Positions 51,471 through 60,325 of a stretch of DNA of 64,000 nucleotides are shown here, piece after piece. Under the pieces are notes generated by a model. The model was not told the origin of the DNA and searched no databases. It saw only the letters and a program-made list of their open reading frames with translations. Positions within the stretch are counted from its first letter, which is position 1; each line of letters opens with the position of its first letter. The DNA comes from Steroidobacteraceae bacterium (GTDB taxonomy: Bacteria > Pseudomonadota > Gammaproteobacteria > Steroidobacterales > Steroidobacteraceae), in assembly GCA_035995425.1 (NCBI GenBank), contig DASYKM010000173.1, forward strand, positions 101,875 through 165,874. The letters are read 5' to 3'. Both the position numbers and the translations under genes were made by a program.

Positions 51471-54400
51471 ATGGGCAAGCGCAAAGCTTTTCAGGCTTTC
51501 GGCTATTCAATTCTCGGATGTGGTGTGGCGGGTTTCATCACGCCCGCCGTGATGGCGCAGGATTCAGCGCCCGCAGGTTCGTCGAACGGCGAGGAAATCG
51601 AAGAGGTGGTCGTCACCGGCTTCCGCCGCAGTCTGGCGGACGCAACGGCGGCGAAGAAGGCATCGATCGGGTTCGTGGATTCGGTGTTCGCCGAAGACAT
51701 CGGCAAGTTTCCCGATACGAACCTGGCGGAATCGTTCAATCGCATTCCGGGCATCAACATCTCGCGCGAAATCACCGGAGAAGGCCTGAACGTCGCCATT
51801 CGCGGCCTCAACACGAACTTCACGCGCGTTCTGCTCAACAACGCGCCCGTGGCCCTGGCCGCGGCCGGTCAGGACGCGCAGAACCAGAATCGCGAAGTCG
51901 ACCTGGACATGCTTCCTTCGGAGCTTTTTTCGCAGTTGACCGTCTCCAAGACGGCGGCGGCGGATCTCATCGAAGGCGGCGCTGCCGGCACCGTGAATAT
52001 GCGCATGGCGCGTCCGTTCGATCGTGAAGGCGGGCGGCTCGCGTATTCGTTGCAGGGCCTGGACAACAGCAAGGCCGACGATCTGGGCCTGCGCGGCTCG
52101 CTCGTTGCCAGCAACACCTGGGGCGAGAAGTTTGGCGTGCTGGTGGGATTCGCCGGCGTGCAGAGCAAGATTGCCACCACGGGTTTCGAAACCGTCGGCT
52201 GGACCAGCCTGAACCTGACGCAGGCGCAGTGCGGCTTCGGCCCCGCTCCCGGAAATGCTCCGCTGCCGTGTAACGCCACCGGCGGTGCCGGCGCGGGTCC
52301 GGGCCAGCTAACTACGGTTCCGAACAACCCCAGCACCATAGGCGCCGGTCTCACGCCGGGCGCGACCATCGACCAGGCGTTCCTGCTCGCGCAGAACCCG
52401 GGCCGGACCATTCAGCAGATCGACAATGCGATCTTCCCGCGTCTCGGCCGTCCGATGGCGGACACGGGCACGAAAGACCGCTACAGCGGCGTTGTCAGCC
52501 TGGAATACCGCCCGACTGAAACCCTGCAGTTCCACCTCGACTCCATGTACGGCAAGCGCAAGACCGAGCTCGAGCGCGTCGACATGATGTGGGCAGTGCG
52601 CCGCACGAGCCAGGGCGGATTGGTCATACCTCAGAACATGGAAGTGGACCGCGAGAATTGCACCACCGGTTGCGTGGTCACCAGCGCCACCTTCTCCAAT
52701 TCGATGTTCCTGCTCGAATACCGTCCGTACACCGAAGACCTGGACTTCTGGGGCACGAACCCCGGCATGCACTGGGAGATCAGCGACAAGTGGAAGATGG
52801 ACGTCGAGGCCAACTACACCAACAGCACGTTCTATCGCGAAGACCCGACCGTGCTCGTGATCACCGGCCCGTCGACCGTCAATTACACCAACGACGGCGG
52901 AATTCCGCAGATGAACTCGGCCGTGGACGTGAACAACCCGGCCTCGTTCCAGTGGATGGTCACCAACCGCGGCGGCGGCAACGAAGTCGGCCGAACCGAC
53001 CTCGTCGACGAATCGCGTGAGACTGAAACGACGGGTGGCCGTTTGGCCATGACCTGGGGTGGCGACAAGCTCAACCTCAAGTTCGGCGGCGCCTGGGATG
53101 AAACCTCCCGCGACATCCGGCCGCTCGCCAACTCGCAGCAGCTGCAGAACGCGGTCTGCGGCGGCAATCCGAACGTCTTCCTGCCGGCACCGAACAGCAA
53201 CCCGGCTTGCCGTGGTGAAGCGGTCGGGGCCATCGCTCCCGGAGTGAACGGCTACCCGGCATACCCCGGCCTCGGCACGGGGTTCTCGAGCGGGCAGGGA
53301 CCGCTGACCTACGGCGGCTCGCTCATTCCGAACGGCAGCGTGGCGGGCTTGCTCGAACCGAGCGAGTTCGGCTTCGTGTTCGTCGATTGGGACGCGTTCC
53401 GCGCGGCATCTAACTACGACGCCATCCATGCCCAGATCGGTGAAGCGGGCGCGACGCCCACGACGGCCAACTGGGGCTCGATCGATGAGAAGGTGACGGC
53501 GGCGTTCGCAATGCTGTCCGGTGACACCGAGATCGGCGACAACCGCCTGCGGTACAACCTCGGCCTGCGCTACGTGGAGACGGACCAGGCGGTCACTTCG
53601 CGCATCACGGTGCCCGATTCCCGCAACCTGGTCGCCGGCGTGCAGACTGCCGATGGCTCGCGTTATCCGGACGTCGCAAGCGCGGTGGAGCTGGATCGCG
53701 AATACCGCAACGTGCTGCCGTCCGGCAACATGGCGTGGAACGTCACCGACGACCTCGTGGTACGCGGCGGCATTTCCCGCACGTTGACGCGCGCCAATCC
53801 GTCGTCCATGTTGCTCGGCTTGAGCATTCCGAACGCCGACGTGTCATCAGTGAACCTCGGCAATCCGGATCTCGAGCCGTACCTCTCGGACAACTTCGAC
53901 GTGGGCTTCGAGTACTACACGGGTGACGAGGGGTACTTCGGTATCGCCGCGTTCCGCAAGGTGCTCGAAGGCTTCACGACGCGCCAGGTGAGCACGGTCA
54001 CCTTCGGTGACCTGGCGCAGTTCGGCGTGACGCTCGATTCACTGGGTGCCAGCCAGCGCGATGCCGTCAACAACCGTGGCGGCAACGCCGCGCTCGTGCA
54101 GTTGAACCAGACCGTCAATGCCAGTGGCAAGCTGCGCATCAACGGCCTGGAGTTCAACTGGGTGCAGCCGCTCGACTTCCTCCTCGGCAAGGTCGGCATC
54201 AACGGCCTGGGCTTCACGGCGAACTTCACCATCATCGACCAGACAGGTGAGGGTGCGGCGCCGGCGATCGCCATCGGCGTGCCGCCGCAGACGGTCAACG
54301 CCACGCTGTACTACGAGAACCATGGCGTGAGCGCGCGCGTGTCGATGAACAAGCAGCTTGGCTCGCAGGGCTCGGGCCCGAACAGCAACCAGCAGCAGGT

Positions 54401-54626
54401 CACGGGCGCCGAGCTGTATGGAGTGGACTACAAGCAGATCGACTTCTCGGCAAGCTTCGACTTGTCGAAGATGTTTGGCTGGTCGGAGTTCACGCCGCAG
54501 CTGACGATCGACGGCATCAATCTCACGGAAGAGAAGCGTCGGACGAACTTCCAGTTCACCAACGCGATGTTCAGCGAGTTCGACTCGGGCCGCACCATCA
54601 TGGTCGGCCTGCGCGGCTCGTTCTAG
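51471..54626 (+). CDS. TonB-dependent receptor
   Basis: Signal peptide, plug 'EEVVVTGFRRSL...IGKFPDTNLAESFNRIPGI', long beta-barrel, C-terminal '...MVGLRGSF'. Confidence 0.85.
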   Translation: MGKRKAFQAFGYSILGCGVAGFITPAVMAQDSAPAGSSNGEEIEEVVVTGFRRSLADATAAKKASIGFVDSVFAEDIGKFPDTNLAESFNRIPGINISREITGEGLNVAIRGLNTNFTRVLLNNAPVALAAAGQDAQNQNREVDLDMLPSELFSQLTVSKTAAADLIEGGAAGTVNMRMARPFDREGGRLAYSLQGLDNSKADDLGLRGSLVASNTWGEKFGVLVGFAGVQSKIATTGFETVGWTSLNLTQAQCGFGPAPGNAPLPCNATGGAGAGPGQLTTVPNNPSTIGAGLTPGATIDQAFLLAQNPGRTIQQIDNAIFPRLGRPMADTGTKDRYSGVVSLEYRPTETLQFHLDSMYGKRKTELERVDMMWAVRRTSQGGLVIPQNMEVDRENCTTGCVVTSATFSNSMFLLEYRPYTEDLDFWGTNPGMHWEISDKWKMDVEANYTNSTFYREDPTVLVITGPSTVNYTNDGGIPQMNSAVDVNNPASFQWMVTNRGGGNEVGRTDLVDESRETETTGGRLAMTWGGDKLNLKFGGAWDETSRDIRPLANSQQLQNAVCGGNPNVFLPAPNSNPACRGEAVGAIAPGVNGYPAYPGLGTGFSSGQGPLTYGGSLIPNGSVAGLLEPSEFGFVFVDWDAFRAASNYDAIHAQIGEAGATPTTANWGSIDEKVTAAFAMLSGDTEIGDNRLRYNLGLRYVETDQAVTSRITVPDSRNLVAGVQTADGSRYPDVASAVELDREYRNVLPSGNMAWNVTDDLVVRGGISRTLTRANPSSMLLGLSIPNADVSSVNLGNPDLEPYLSDNFDVGFEYYTGDEGYFGIAAFRKVLEGFTTRQVSTVTFGDLAQFGVTLDSLGASQRDAVNNRGGNAALVQLNQTVNASGKLRINGLEFNWVQPLDFLLGKVGINGLGFTANFTIIDQTGEGAAPAIAIGVPPQTVNATLYYENHGVSARVSMNKQLGSQGSGPNSNQQQVTGAELYGVDYKQIDFSASFDLSKMFGWSEFTPQLTIDGINLTEEKRRTNFQFTNAMFSEFDSGRTIMVGLRGSF

Positions 54627-54646
54627 TAAGCAGCTGAGCAAGGAAC

Positions 54647-54672
54647 GGCGCGCACTCTTCGGGGTGCGCGCC
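54647..54672 (+). terminator. GC-rich hairpin after the TonB-dependent receptor gene (no U-tract)
   Basis: Stem ggcgcgcac (54647-54655) / gtgcgcgcc (54664-54672), 8-nt loop. Confidence 0.4.
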
Positions 54673-54719
54673 GGTCACGATCTGGCTCTATCGCAAACGC
54701 TGAGCAGTTCATATCAACC

Positions 54720-55220
54720 ATGCACACCATCCGTCGCTGCCGCCCCGATGAAAGCACCGCAATACTTCACATCGTGAATGCGGCGGCCGAGGCTTATCGC
54801 GGAGTGATCCCGCCCGATCGCTTTCACGATCCCTACATGTCGCAGGCCCACCTCGACGAGGAGATTGCCGCCGGCGTGGAGTTCTGGGGTTATGAGCTCG
54901 TGGGCGACTTGCTTGGAGTGATGGGTATGCAGCGCGTGCGCGACGTCGATCTGATTCGCCACGCGTATGTGAAGCCCGGTAGTCAGGGTTTGGGCATCGG
55001 CGGTGCGCTGATCGCGCACATCCGGCGCTTGAACGAACGGCCCATGCTCGTCGGCACCTGGGCCGATGCGACATGGGCGATTCGATTTTACGAGCGGCAT
55101 GGCTTCGAGCTCGTGCCGGCGCCGCGCGCCGCCGAGCTGCTCAAGACTTACTGGAATATTCCCGATCGGCAGATTGAGACATCGGTGGTGCTGGAGCAGT
55201 CCGACCAGCCACACGTGTAA
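54720..55220 (+). CDS. GNAT-family N-acetyltransferase
   Basis: 'IRHAYVKPGSQGLGIGGALIAHIRRL....FYERHGFELV'. Confidence 0.75.
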   Translation: MHTIRRCRPDESTAILHIVNAAAEAYRGVIPPDRFHDPYMSQAHLDEEIAAGVEFWGYELVGDLLGVMGMQRVRDVDLIRHAYVKPGSQGLGIGGALIAHIRRLNERPMLVGTWADATWAIRFYERHGFELVPAPRAAELLKTYWNIPDRQIETSVVLEQSDQPHV

Positions 55221-55279
55221 GACGACTCCGAAATCCGCAATGCCGCGTTTGTCGTCTTAGTTCGTGGGCAACCGCGGAA

Positions 55280-55588
55280 ATGAGGCTGATGAACGACGAG
55301 ACAATCCTGCGGGAAAAGGCCCGCAACGCTATCCAGGCTGGACAACTCCCGGATCGTGAGCCCAACCGCACCTGGGCTGGCAAAGGGGGTGGTGGCACCT
55401 GCTCCGTGTGCACCGATGAGGTACAGCCCCAGGAGATCGAGTTCGAGCTGGAGTTCCAGTCCGGCAAAGGACAGCCTGGTGGGCTGGCGAACTACCGGTT
55501 TCACATGCGATGCTTCGCGGCATGGGAGTTCGAGCGGCAAAGCCGTTCCAGCAACGGGCGGCACGTTGATGGAAGGGAGCCAGCATGA
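55280..55588 (+). CDS. small hypothetical CxxC protein
   Basis: 102 aa. 'GGTCSVCTDEV' and 'FHMRCFAAWEFE'. The 3' end overlaps the sigma-factor start by 20 nt. Confidence 0.4.
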   Translation: MRLMNDETILREKARNAIQAGQLPDREPNRTWAGKGGGGTCSVCTDEVQPQEIEFELEFQSGKGQPGGLANYRFHMRCFAAWEFERQSRSSNGRHVDGREPA

Positions 55589-56192
55589 AAGTGCAGCCGG
55601 AACACTGGGCGCGCTGCTTTATGCAGACAAATCCAGGGTCCGCGCGCCCGAAGAAGAATGGGTTTCTTTGGTCCACGCGATGGCCAGTGGCGATCAGCGT
55701 GCGCTGCATACTCTCTATGAACGGACGCATCGCCTCGTCTTCACCCTGATCATGCGCATCTGCAGAAACCGCGAAGCGGCGGATGAATTGACCGTGGACG
55801 TCTTCCACGGGGTGTGGCGGCGCGCGTCCGCATACGATCCGACGGGTGGTTCGGTGGTGGGATGGATCATGAATCAGGCGCGCTCGCGCGCGCTCGATCG
55901 GTTGCGTTTCGAGGGCCGCAAGAAGCGCGTGAACCCATACACCGCCGAGTCGCCGGCCATGTCTGCCGTTGAGGACTCTGCCGAGCAAATGACCCTGGAT
56001 GAGCGGGGCGCGCTCTTGCGAAAAGCGCTGCTCGTTCTTTCGCCGGAGGAGCGCCGGGCGATCGAGTCGGCCTTTTTTTTGGACCTCACTTACGCCGAAG
56101 TGGCGACGCGGCACGACCAGCCGGTCGGGACCGTCAAGACGCGCATCCGTTCCGGTCTGAACAAGCTGCGGCAGGAGCTGGAAATTGGATAA
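55569..56192 (+). CDS. ECF sigma factor (RpoE/ChrR-partner type)
   Basis: Start taken at MEGSQ. Region 2 'LHTLYERTHRLVFTLIMRICRNREAADELTVDVF', region 4 'ERRAIESAFFLDLTYAEVATRHDQPVGTVKTRIRSGL'. Confidence 0.8.
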   Translation: MEGSQHESAAGTLGALLYADKSRVRAPEEEWVSLVHAMASGDQRALHTLYERTHRLVFTLIMRICRNREAADELTVDVFHGVWRRASAYDPTGGSVVGWIMNQARSRALDRLRFEGRKKRVNPYTAESPAMSAVEDSAEQMTLDERGALLRKALLVLSPEERRAIESAFFLDLTYAEVATRHDQPVGTVKTRIRSGLNKLRQELEIG

Positions 56193-56754
56193 CAAGCTCT
56201 GCGCACAGATCGAGCGCGTCGCGGTCTTCTCGCTGCGTGCGCTTCCCGAACATGAAGTGCCCGCCATCGAAGCGCACATCGCCGAGTGTGAGCAGTGCCG
56301 CAAGGAACTGAACCGGCTGCGTCCGATCGTCGATTTCTTCGTCGACTGGCCTACGGACGTCTTGCGCCCGTCGGAATCGCTGCAGGAGCGCCTGGCGCGG
56401 CGCATCGCCGCCGAGACTGGCGGAGACATCGTGTTGCCGACGACGCGAGCCTGGACCGAACCGGAATGGGAGGAAGTCGCGCCGGGAATTTCCTGCAAGC
56501 TCCTGTCTTCGGACCCGGAACAGAATCGCGTGAGCATGCTGGTGCGGCTCGCGCCCGGAGTCGACTACCCGCCCCACACGCACGCGGGAGTCGAAGAATT
56601 GCACCTGCTCGATGGCGAGCTGTGGATCGATGACCGCAAACTCTATCCCGGAGATTTCAATCGCGCGGAGCCGGGCACCTCCGATCGGCGCGTGTGGAGC
56701 GAGACGGGTTGCACCTGCGTGTTGATCACCTCGCCGCGCGACGTGCTTCGTTGA
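56185..56754 (+). CDS. ChrR-like anti-sigma factor (zf-HC2 plus cupin)
   Basis: TTG start overlaps the sigma stop by 8 nt. 'HIAECEQCRKEL' is zf-HC2. Cupin 'HTHAGVEELHLLDGEL'. Confidence 0.75.
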   Translation: MDNKLCAQIERVAVFSLRALPEHEVPAIEAHIAECEQCRKELNRLRPIVDFFVDWPTDVLRPSESLQERLARRIAAETGGDIVLPTTRAWTEPEWEEVAPGISCKLLSSDPEQNRVSMLVRLAPGVDYPPHTHAGVEELHLLDGELWIDDRKLYPGDFNRAEPGTSDRRVWSETGCTCVLITSPRDVLR

Positions 56755-57850
56755 TTCCCCGCTGAGCAACCGGGAATCCGGGCCGCGGATATTCGAGCTG
56801 CAAGGCGACGAAGCTCGCGGTGGAGCTGCCATACATGCGCGTGATGTCGGCGAGCGTCTGGTCGAGCACCTCGCCGGGCAAAAATCCATCGAGCGTCATG
56901 ACAATGTCACGCGATGACTTCACGTCGGCTTCGGTGCGATCCGGCAACAGCATCAAGCCGCCTTTCGTGCGTACGGCGCCGGCCGTGCTTGCCAGTGTGA
57001 AGGCGCGGTTTCGAAATGTGCGCGAATACGCATCGGCGGCCAGTGCGAGCGAGATCTCGTCTTCGCCCGCGGAGACTTGAAGATCAATCGTCCGCTTTCG
57101 TGACAAGAGGTTCCGGATCGCCAGCGCGTAGGTCGAAGCGCGCATATGGAACTGCTGGCTGTCGTGCTCGCTGCTCCAGTCGCTGACGCCGAGCTCTCTG
57201 GCGACGCGCGCCGCGGAGTCGGTGCCGGCAAACGCTTCGACGAGGGCGAGCGAGAGCGGAATGGCGGCGGTAACGCCGGCACTGGAGATCACCTTGCCGT
57301 CGGCGACATAGCGCGTGTTCTCCAACCACTGCGTATCCGGGAATGCGTGCTCGCGTTTTGATTGCGTTGCCCAATGGCCGGTGGCGCGGTGGCCTTTGAA
57401 CAAGCCTGCCTGGGCGACCACCATCGCTCCGTCGCAGATGCTCACCACGGTGGCACCCTTGGCGGCTTGTGCGCGCAGCCAGTCCAGCACGATCGATTGC
57501 GCGGCACGACTCTCGAACATCATCGCCGGCACGATCACGTAGTCGGCACCGTCCGGAAATCGCTGATCGAAGGTGACGAGCGTGGCCTGCGGCTCGATGC
57601 GCAGCGCCGGACGCATCCGTATCGGGCCGGCGCCAGTGCCCACGGCCAGCACCTCCGCCGCGCCAGACTGCGCAAGGATTCCATACGGAATCACGAAATC
57701 GATGAGCTCCGTGGCGTAGTTCTCACCGAGCACCGCGACGACCGGACGCGTGCGTTCGAACCGCCCCTGGTACGGCGCGATCTGCGCCTGCGCGGGGAGA
57801 AGCGCGCTCACGAGGAGCGCGCTTGCCCAAACAATAGATTGGCGAATCAC
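56726..57850 (-). CDS. exported DJ-1/PfpI-family protein with C-terminal extension
   Basis: GTG start at 57850 gives (M)IRQSIVWASALLVSALLPAQAQ, a signal peptide. 'DYVIVPAM', 'SICDGAMVVAQAGLFKGHRATGHW'. The remainder of the 696-aa track ORF is artefactual. Confidence 0.7.
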   Translation of the reverse strand: MIRQSIVWASALLVSALLPAQAQIAPYQGRFERTRPVVAVLGENYATELIDFVIPYGILAQSGAAEVLAVGTGAGPIRMRPALRIEPQATLVTFDQRFPDGADYVIVPAMMFESRAAQSIVLDWLRAQAAKGATVVSICDGAMVVAQAGLFKGHRATGHWATQSKREHAFPDTQWLENTRYVADGKVISSAGVTAAIPLSLALVEAFAGTDSAARVARELGVSDWSSEHDSQQFHMRASTYALAIRNLLSRKRTIDLQVSAGEDEISLALAADAYSRTFRNRAFTLASTAGAVRTKGGLMLLPDRTEADVKSSRDIVMTLDGFLPGEVLDQTLADITRMYGSSTASFVALQLEYPRPGFPVAQRGINEARRAAR

Positions 57851-58011
57851 GCTTTGGCACTCGTGGTCTTGGCGCACTTGCAGGCCGAGCCGCAGGCGCA
57901 ACCGGGACCACAGCCGCAGGTCGCGGGCGCGGCAGCCTTCTGACAACCGCAGGTGCACGTGGATCCGGCGCAGTTCTGGCAGCCGCAAGGCTTCTTGTTC
58001 GCTTCGTTCAT
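57847..58011 (-). CDS. 54-aa Cys-rich metallothionein-like peptide (absent from the ORF track)
   Basis: Hand translation: MNEANKKPCGCQNCAGSTCTCGCQKAAAPATCGCGPGCACGSACKCAKTTSAKA*. It has 12 Cys in CxC/CxxC clusters. 'agaggaga' lies 5 nt upstream of the ATG. Its TGA overlaps the GTG of the DJ-1/PfpI gene (GTGA). Confidence 0.6.
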   Translation of the reverse strand: MNEANKKPCGCQNCAGSTCTCGCQKAAAPATCGCGPGCACGSACKCAKTTSAKA

Positions 58012-58086
58012 GATGTTCTCCTCTGGGTGGTTGATATCGCCAGTGCAATCTACCGGCGCCCGCCCACAGAGCCTTGAACGAAACGG

Positions 58087-58848
58087 CTATTCGGGCCGCA
58101 CGCTCGCCGGCGTGATGCCGAACATCTTCTTGAACGTGCGCGAGAAGTGCGCCGAGTCCGCAAAGCCGCCGGCGTGAGCGGCTTCCGTGAGCGACTTGCC
58201 ACGCACATACGCCGACAGCGCGGCCTCGAGCCGCAGCCACAGCAGATACGGCCGAAAGCCGACACCGGTCTCGTGCATGAACAGATGCCGAAAGCGATCC
58301 GGCGACAGGTGCACGGCCGCAGCGATGGATTTGAGCGGAATCGAGTCGCTCAATCGCTCGCGTATCAATTCCAGCGCGCGCGCAATGCGCGCGTCGGGCA
58401 ACTTGGCGGATGAAGCCGCGGCGCCAGCGAGCTTTGCGATCGCGGCGCGCGTGAGTGCAACGAGCTCGGCATCGGTCGCGCGTTTTTGGAAAGCGGTGGC
58501 GAACGCCGCCACTTCGGCCTTGAGCGCAGCGGCGGGCAGTGCGCAGATTCCCGCATCGCGATATCGAAGCTGAAGGATCCGACCTTCGCGCGACTCTGGC
58601 TCGACGAACACCTGCGCCATGAATTGCCCGCGCGCATCGAACGCATGCGGCTGCTGGGCGGCAACGATGGCGGCGGTATAGCTTTTCCAACTCTCGGACG
58701 GGCGCTGCAGCTTCACGCGTCCGGGTTGAAAGGGCAGCGTGATCTGTAACGCGTGATGGGAGTGGAGGCCGGCCGGTTCGCCGGCAAGCCCGATCCACAG
58801 GCTGCCGCTGCGCCACATGACGATTCTTCCGGAGGCGCTGGGTTTCAT
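58087..58848 (-). CDS. AraC-family transcriptional regulator
   Basis: Start at MKPSASG overlaps the MocR stop (ATGA). C-terminal 'LSPDRFRHLFMHETGVGFRPYLLWLRLEAA.......GFADSAHFSRTFKKMFGITP'. Confidence 0.75.
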   Translation of the reverse strand: MKPSASGRIVMWRSGSLWIGLAGEPAGLHSHHALQITLPFQPGRVKLQRPSESWKSYTAAIVAAQQPHAFDARGQFMAQVFVEPESREGRILQLRYRDAGICALPAAALKAEVAAFATAFQKRATDAELVALTRAAIAKLAGAAASSAKLPDARIARALELIRERLSDSIPLKSIAAAVHLSPDRFRHLFMHETGVGFRPYLLWLRLEAALSAYVRGKSLTEAAHAGGFADSAHFSRTFKKMFGITPASVRPE

Positions 58849-60278
58849 AGAACCTCGCCCAGTCGCCTGATGCCCTCGCGAATCTCCGCTTCCTTCATGC
58901 GCGAAAAACCGAGCATCCATCCGGCTCTCGCGGGCTTGGTCAGAAAGTAGCGCGAGATGCCATATATCCCGACGCCGCGGGCGGCGGCCTTGTCGACCAC
59001 CATGCTTTCCGCGACGCGCTTGCGCGGCCACAGAACGACGTGGGCGCCGGCGCCTTCACCGGTGATTTCGACCCGGTCGCCGAGATATCGGCCGACGGAG
59101 TCGCGCAGCACGTCGCGACGCGCGGTGTTTCTGCGTCGCACGCGGCGCAAATGCCGCTCATACACGCCGGTGTTGATGAACTCGGCGAGCGCCTCCTGCT
59201 CGAGCGTGGCCGTGTGGCGGTCGCAGAGCCACTTGGCCGATGTGAAGGTGGCAACCAGGCTTTGCGGCACGACCAGGTAGCCGATGCGCAGCGCCGAGAA
59301 GACCGTGCGCGAAAACGTCCCGACGTAGAGGACGCGCCCCTCGGTATCCAGGCCCTGCAGGGATTCGAGCGGCTGCGCGCCGTAGTGAAACTCGCCGTCG
59401 TAGTCGTCCTCGACGATCAATGCATCGTTGTGCCTGGCCCAGTCGAGCAACGCCATGCGCCGCGCCAGCGGCAGGACGACGCCGGTGGGAAACTGGTGTG
59501 ACGGCGTGACGAAGGCAACGCGGGCGTCGGCCGGCAGCCGCGCGGGATCGATGCCGTCGCGGTCGACCGGCACGGGCAGCAGGCGCGCGCCGGCGGCGCG
59601 CAGGACCTCGCGAGTGCCCTGATAGTTAGGGTTCTCGATGGCGACTCGATCGCCGCGGTCGATCAGCACGCGCGCAATCAGGTCGAGCGCCTGCTGCGAG
59701 CCGTTGACGACGATCACTTGCGACGGCTCGCAGACCACGGCACGAGACCGTCGCAGGTGCACGGAGATGGCGTGGCGCAGGGCGAGACTTCCGGCGGCCG
59801 GCCCATAGTCGAGCTCGCGTCCCGGCGTCTTGCGCGCGTGCCGCAGCAGCGTGCGGCGCCACGCTTCGAACGGAAACGTGGCGACGTCGCTGCGTCCGTA
59901 GGCGAAATCGTAACGCAGCGCCGCAGCTTGTTTGCCCGGGATATCGACGATTGTCGCGGCGGCCGCCGCGGCGGACCCGAAGCGCGACAACTTCACTTTG
60001 CGTGGACTGGCGCGGCCGCCCGGTTGGCGCGCGCGCAGCGCTTCGGCCACATAGGTTCCCGAACCGGCGCGACCCGCCACGAAACCTTCGGCGAGCAGGT
60101 GTTCGTAGGCCAGCACCACTGCGGTTCGCGAAACCTGCAGCTGTTCCGCCAGCTCGCGCGTCGACGGTAGACGTTCACGCGCGCGCAGCGTGCCGCGCAG
60201 GATTGCCTGGCGGAACCAGTGGTAGATCTGCCGCGACAGCGGCACGCCGTTCTTTGAAAGTGGTATGGCGGATGGCAC
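58845..60278 (-). CDS. MocR/PdxR-type GntR-family regulator with aminotransferase-like domain
   Basis: N-terminal GntR wHTH 'LPSTRELAEQLQVSRTAVVLAYEHLLAEGF'. Fold-type-I PLP domain 'YGPAAG...LRHAISVHL', 'TFSRTVFSALRIGYLVVP'. Confidence 0.85.
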   Translation of the reverse strand: MPSAIPLSKNGVPLSRQIYHWFRQAILRGTLRARERLPSTRELAEQLQVSRTAVVLAYEHLLAEGFVAGRAGSGTYVAEALRARQPGGRASPRKVKLSRFGSAAAAAATIVDIPGKQAAALRYDFAYGRSDVATFPFEAWRRTLLRHARKTPGRELDYGPAAGSLALRHAISVHLRRSRAVVCEPSQVIVVNGSQQALDLIARVLIDRGDRVAIENPNYQGTREVLRAAGARLLPVPVDRDGIDPARLPADARVAFVTPSHQFPTGVVLPLARRMALLDWARHNDALIVEDDYDGEFHYGAQPLESLQGLDTEGRVLYVGTFSRTVFSALRIGYLVVPQSLVATFTSAKWLCDRHTATLEQEALAEFINTGVYERHLRRVRRRNTARRDVLRDSVGRYLGDRVEITGEGAGAHVVLWPRKRVAESMVVDKAAARGVGIYGISRYFLTKPARAGWMLGFSRMKEAEIREGIRRLGEVL

Positions 60279-60325
60279 AAAAAGCGGACCTTTGAAAAAA
60301 CCAGTCTGTCAGGCACGCTCGAAAG

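Noticed and set aside
55219-55258. An 8-bp inverted repeat aagacgac/gtcgtctt after the GNAT gene, considered as a terminator.
   Set aside because: The loop is 24 nt and there is no U-tract. It could be a weak terminator or a regulatory hairpin, but the evidence is too thin to list as a feature.
56726-58816. A 696-aa minus-strand ORF spanning the DJ-1/PfpI gene, the Cys-rich ORF region and the AraC gene.
   Set aside because: Only the last 374 aa or so have family character and a signal peptide. The upstream part is an out-of-frame shadow over the AraC gene (58087-58848), which has a clear HTH_18 domain in its own frame.
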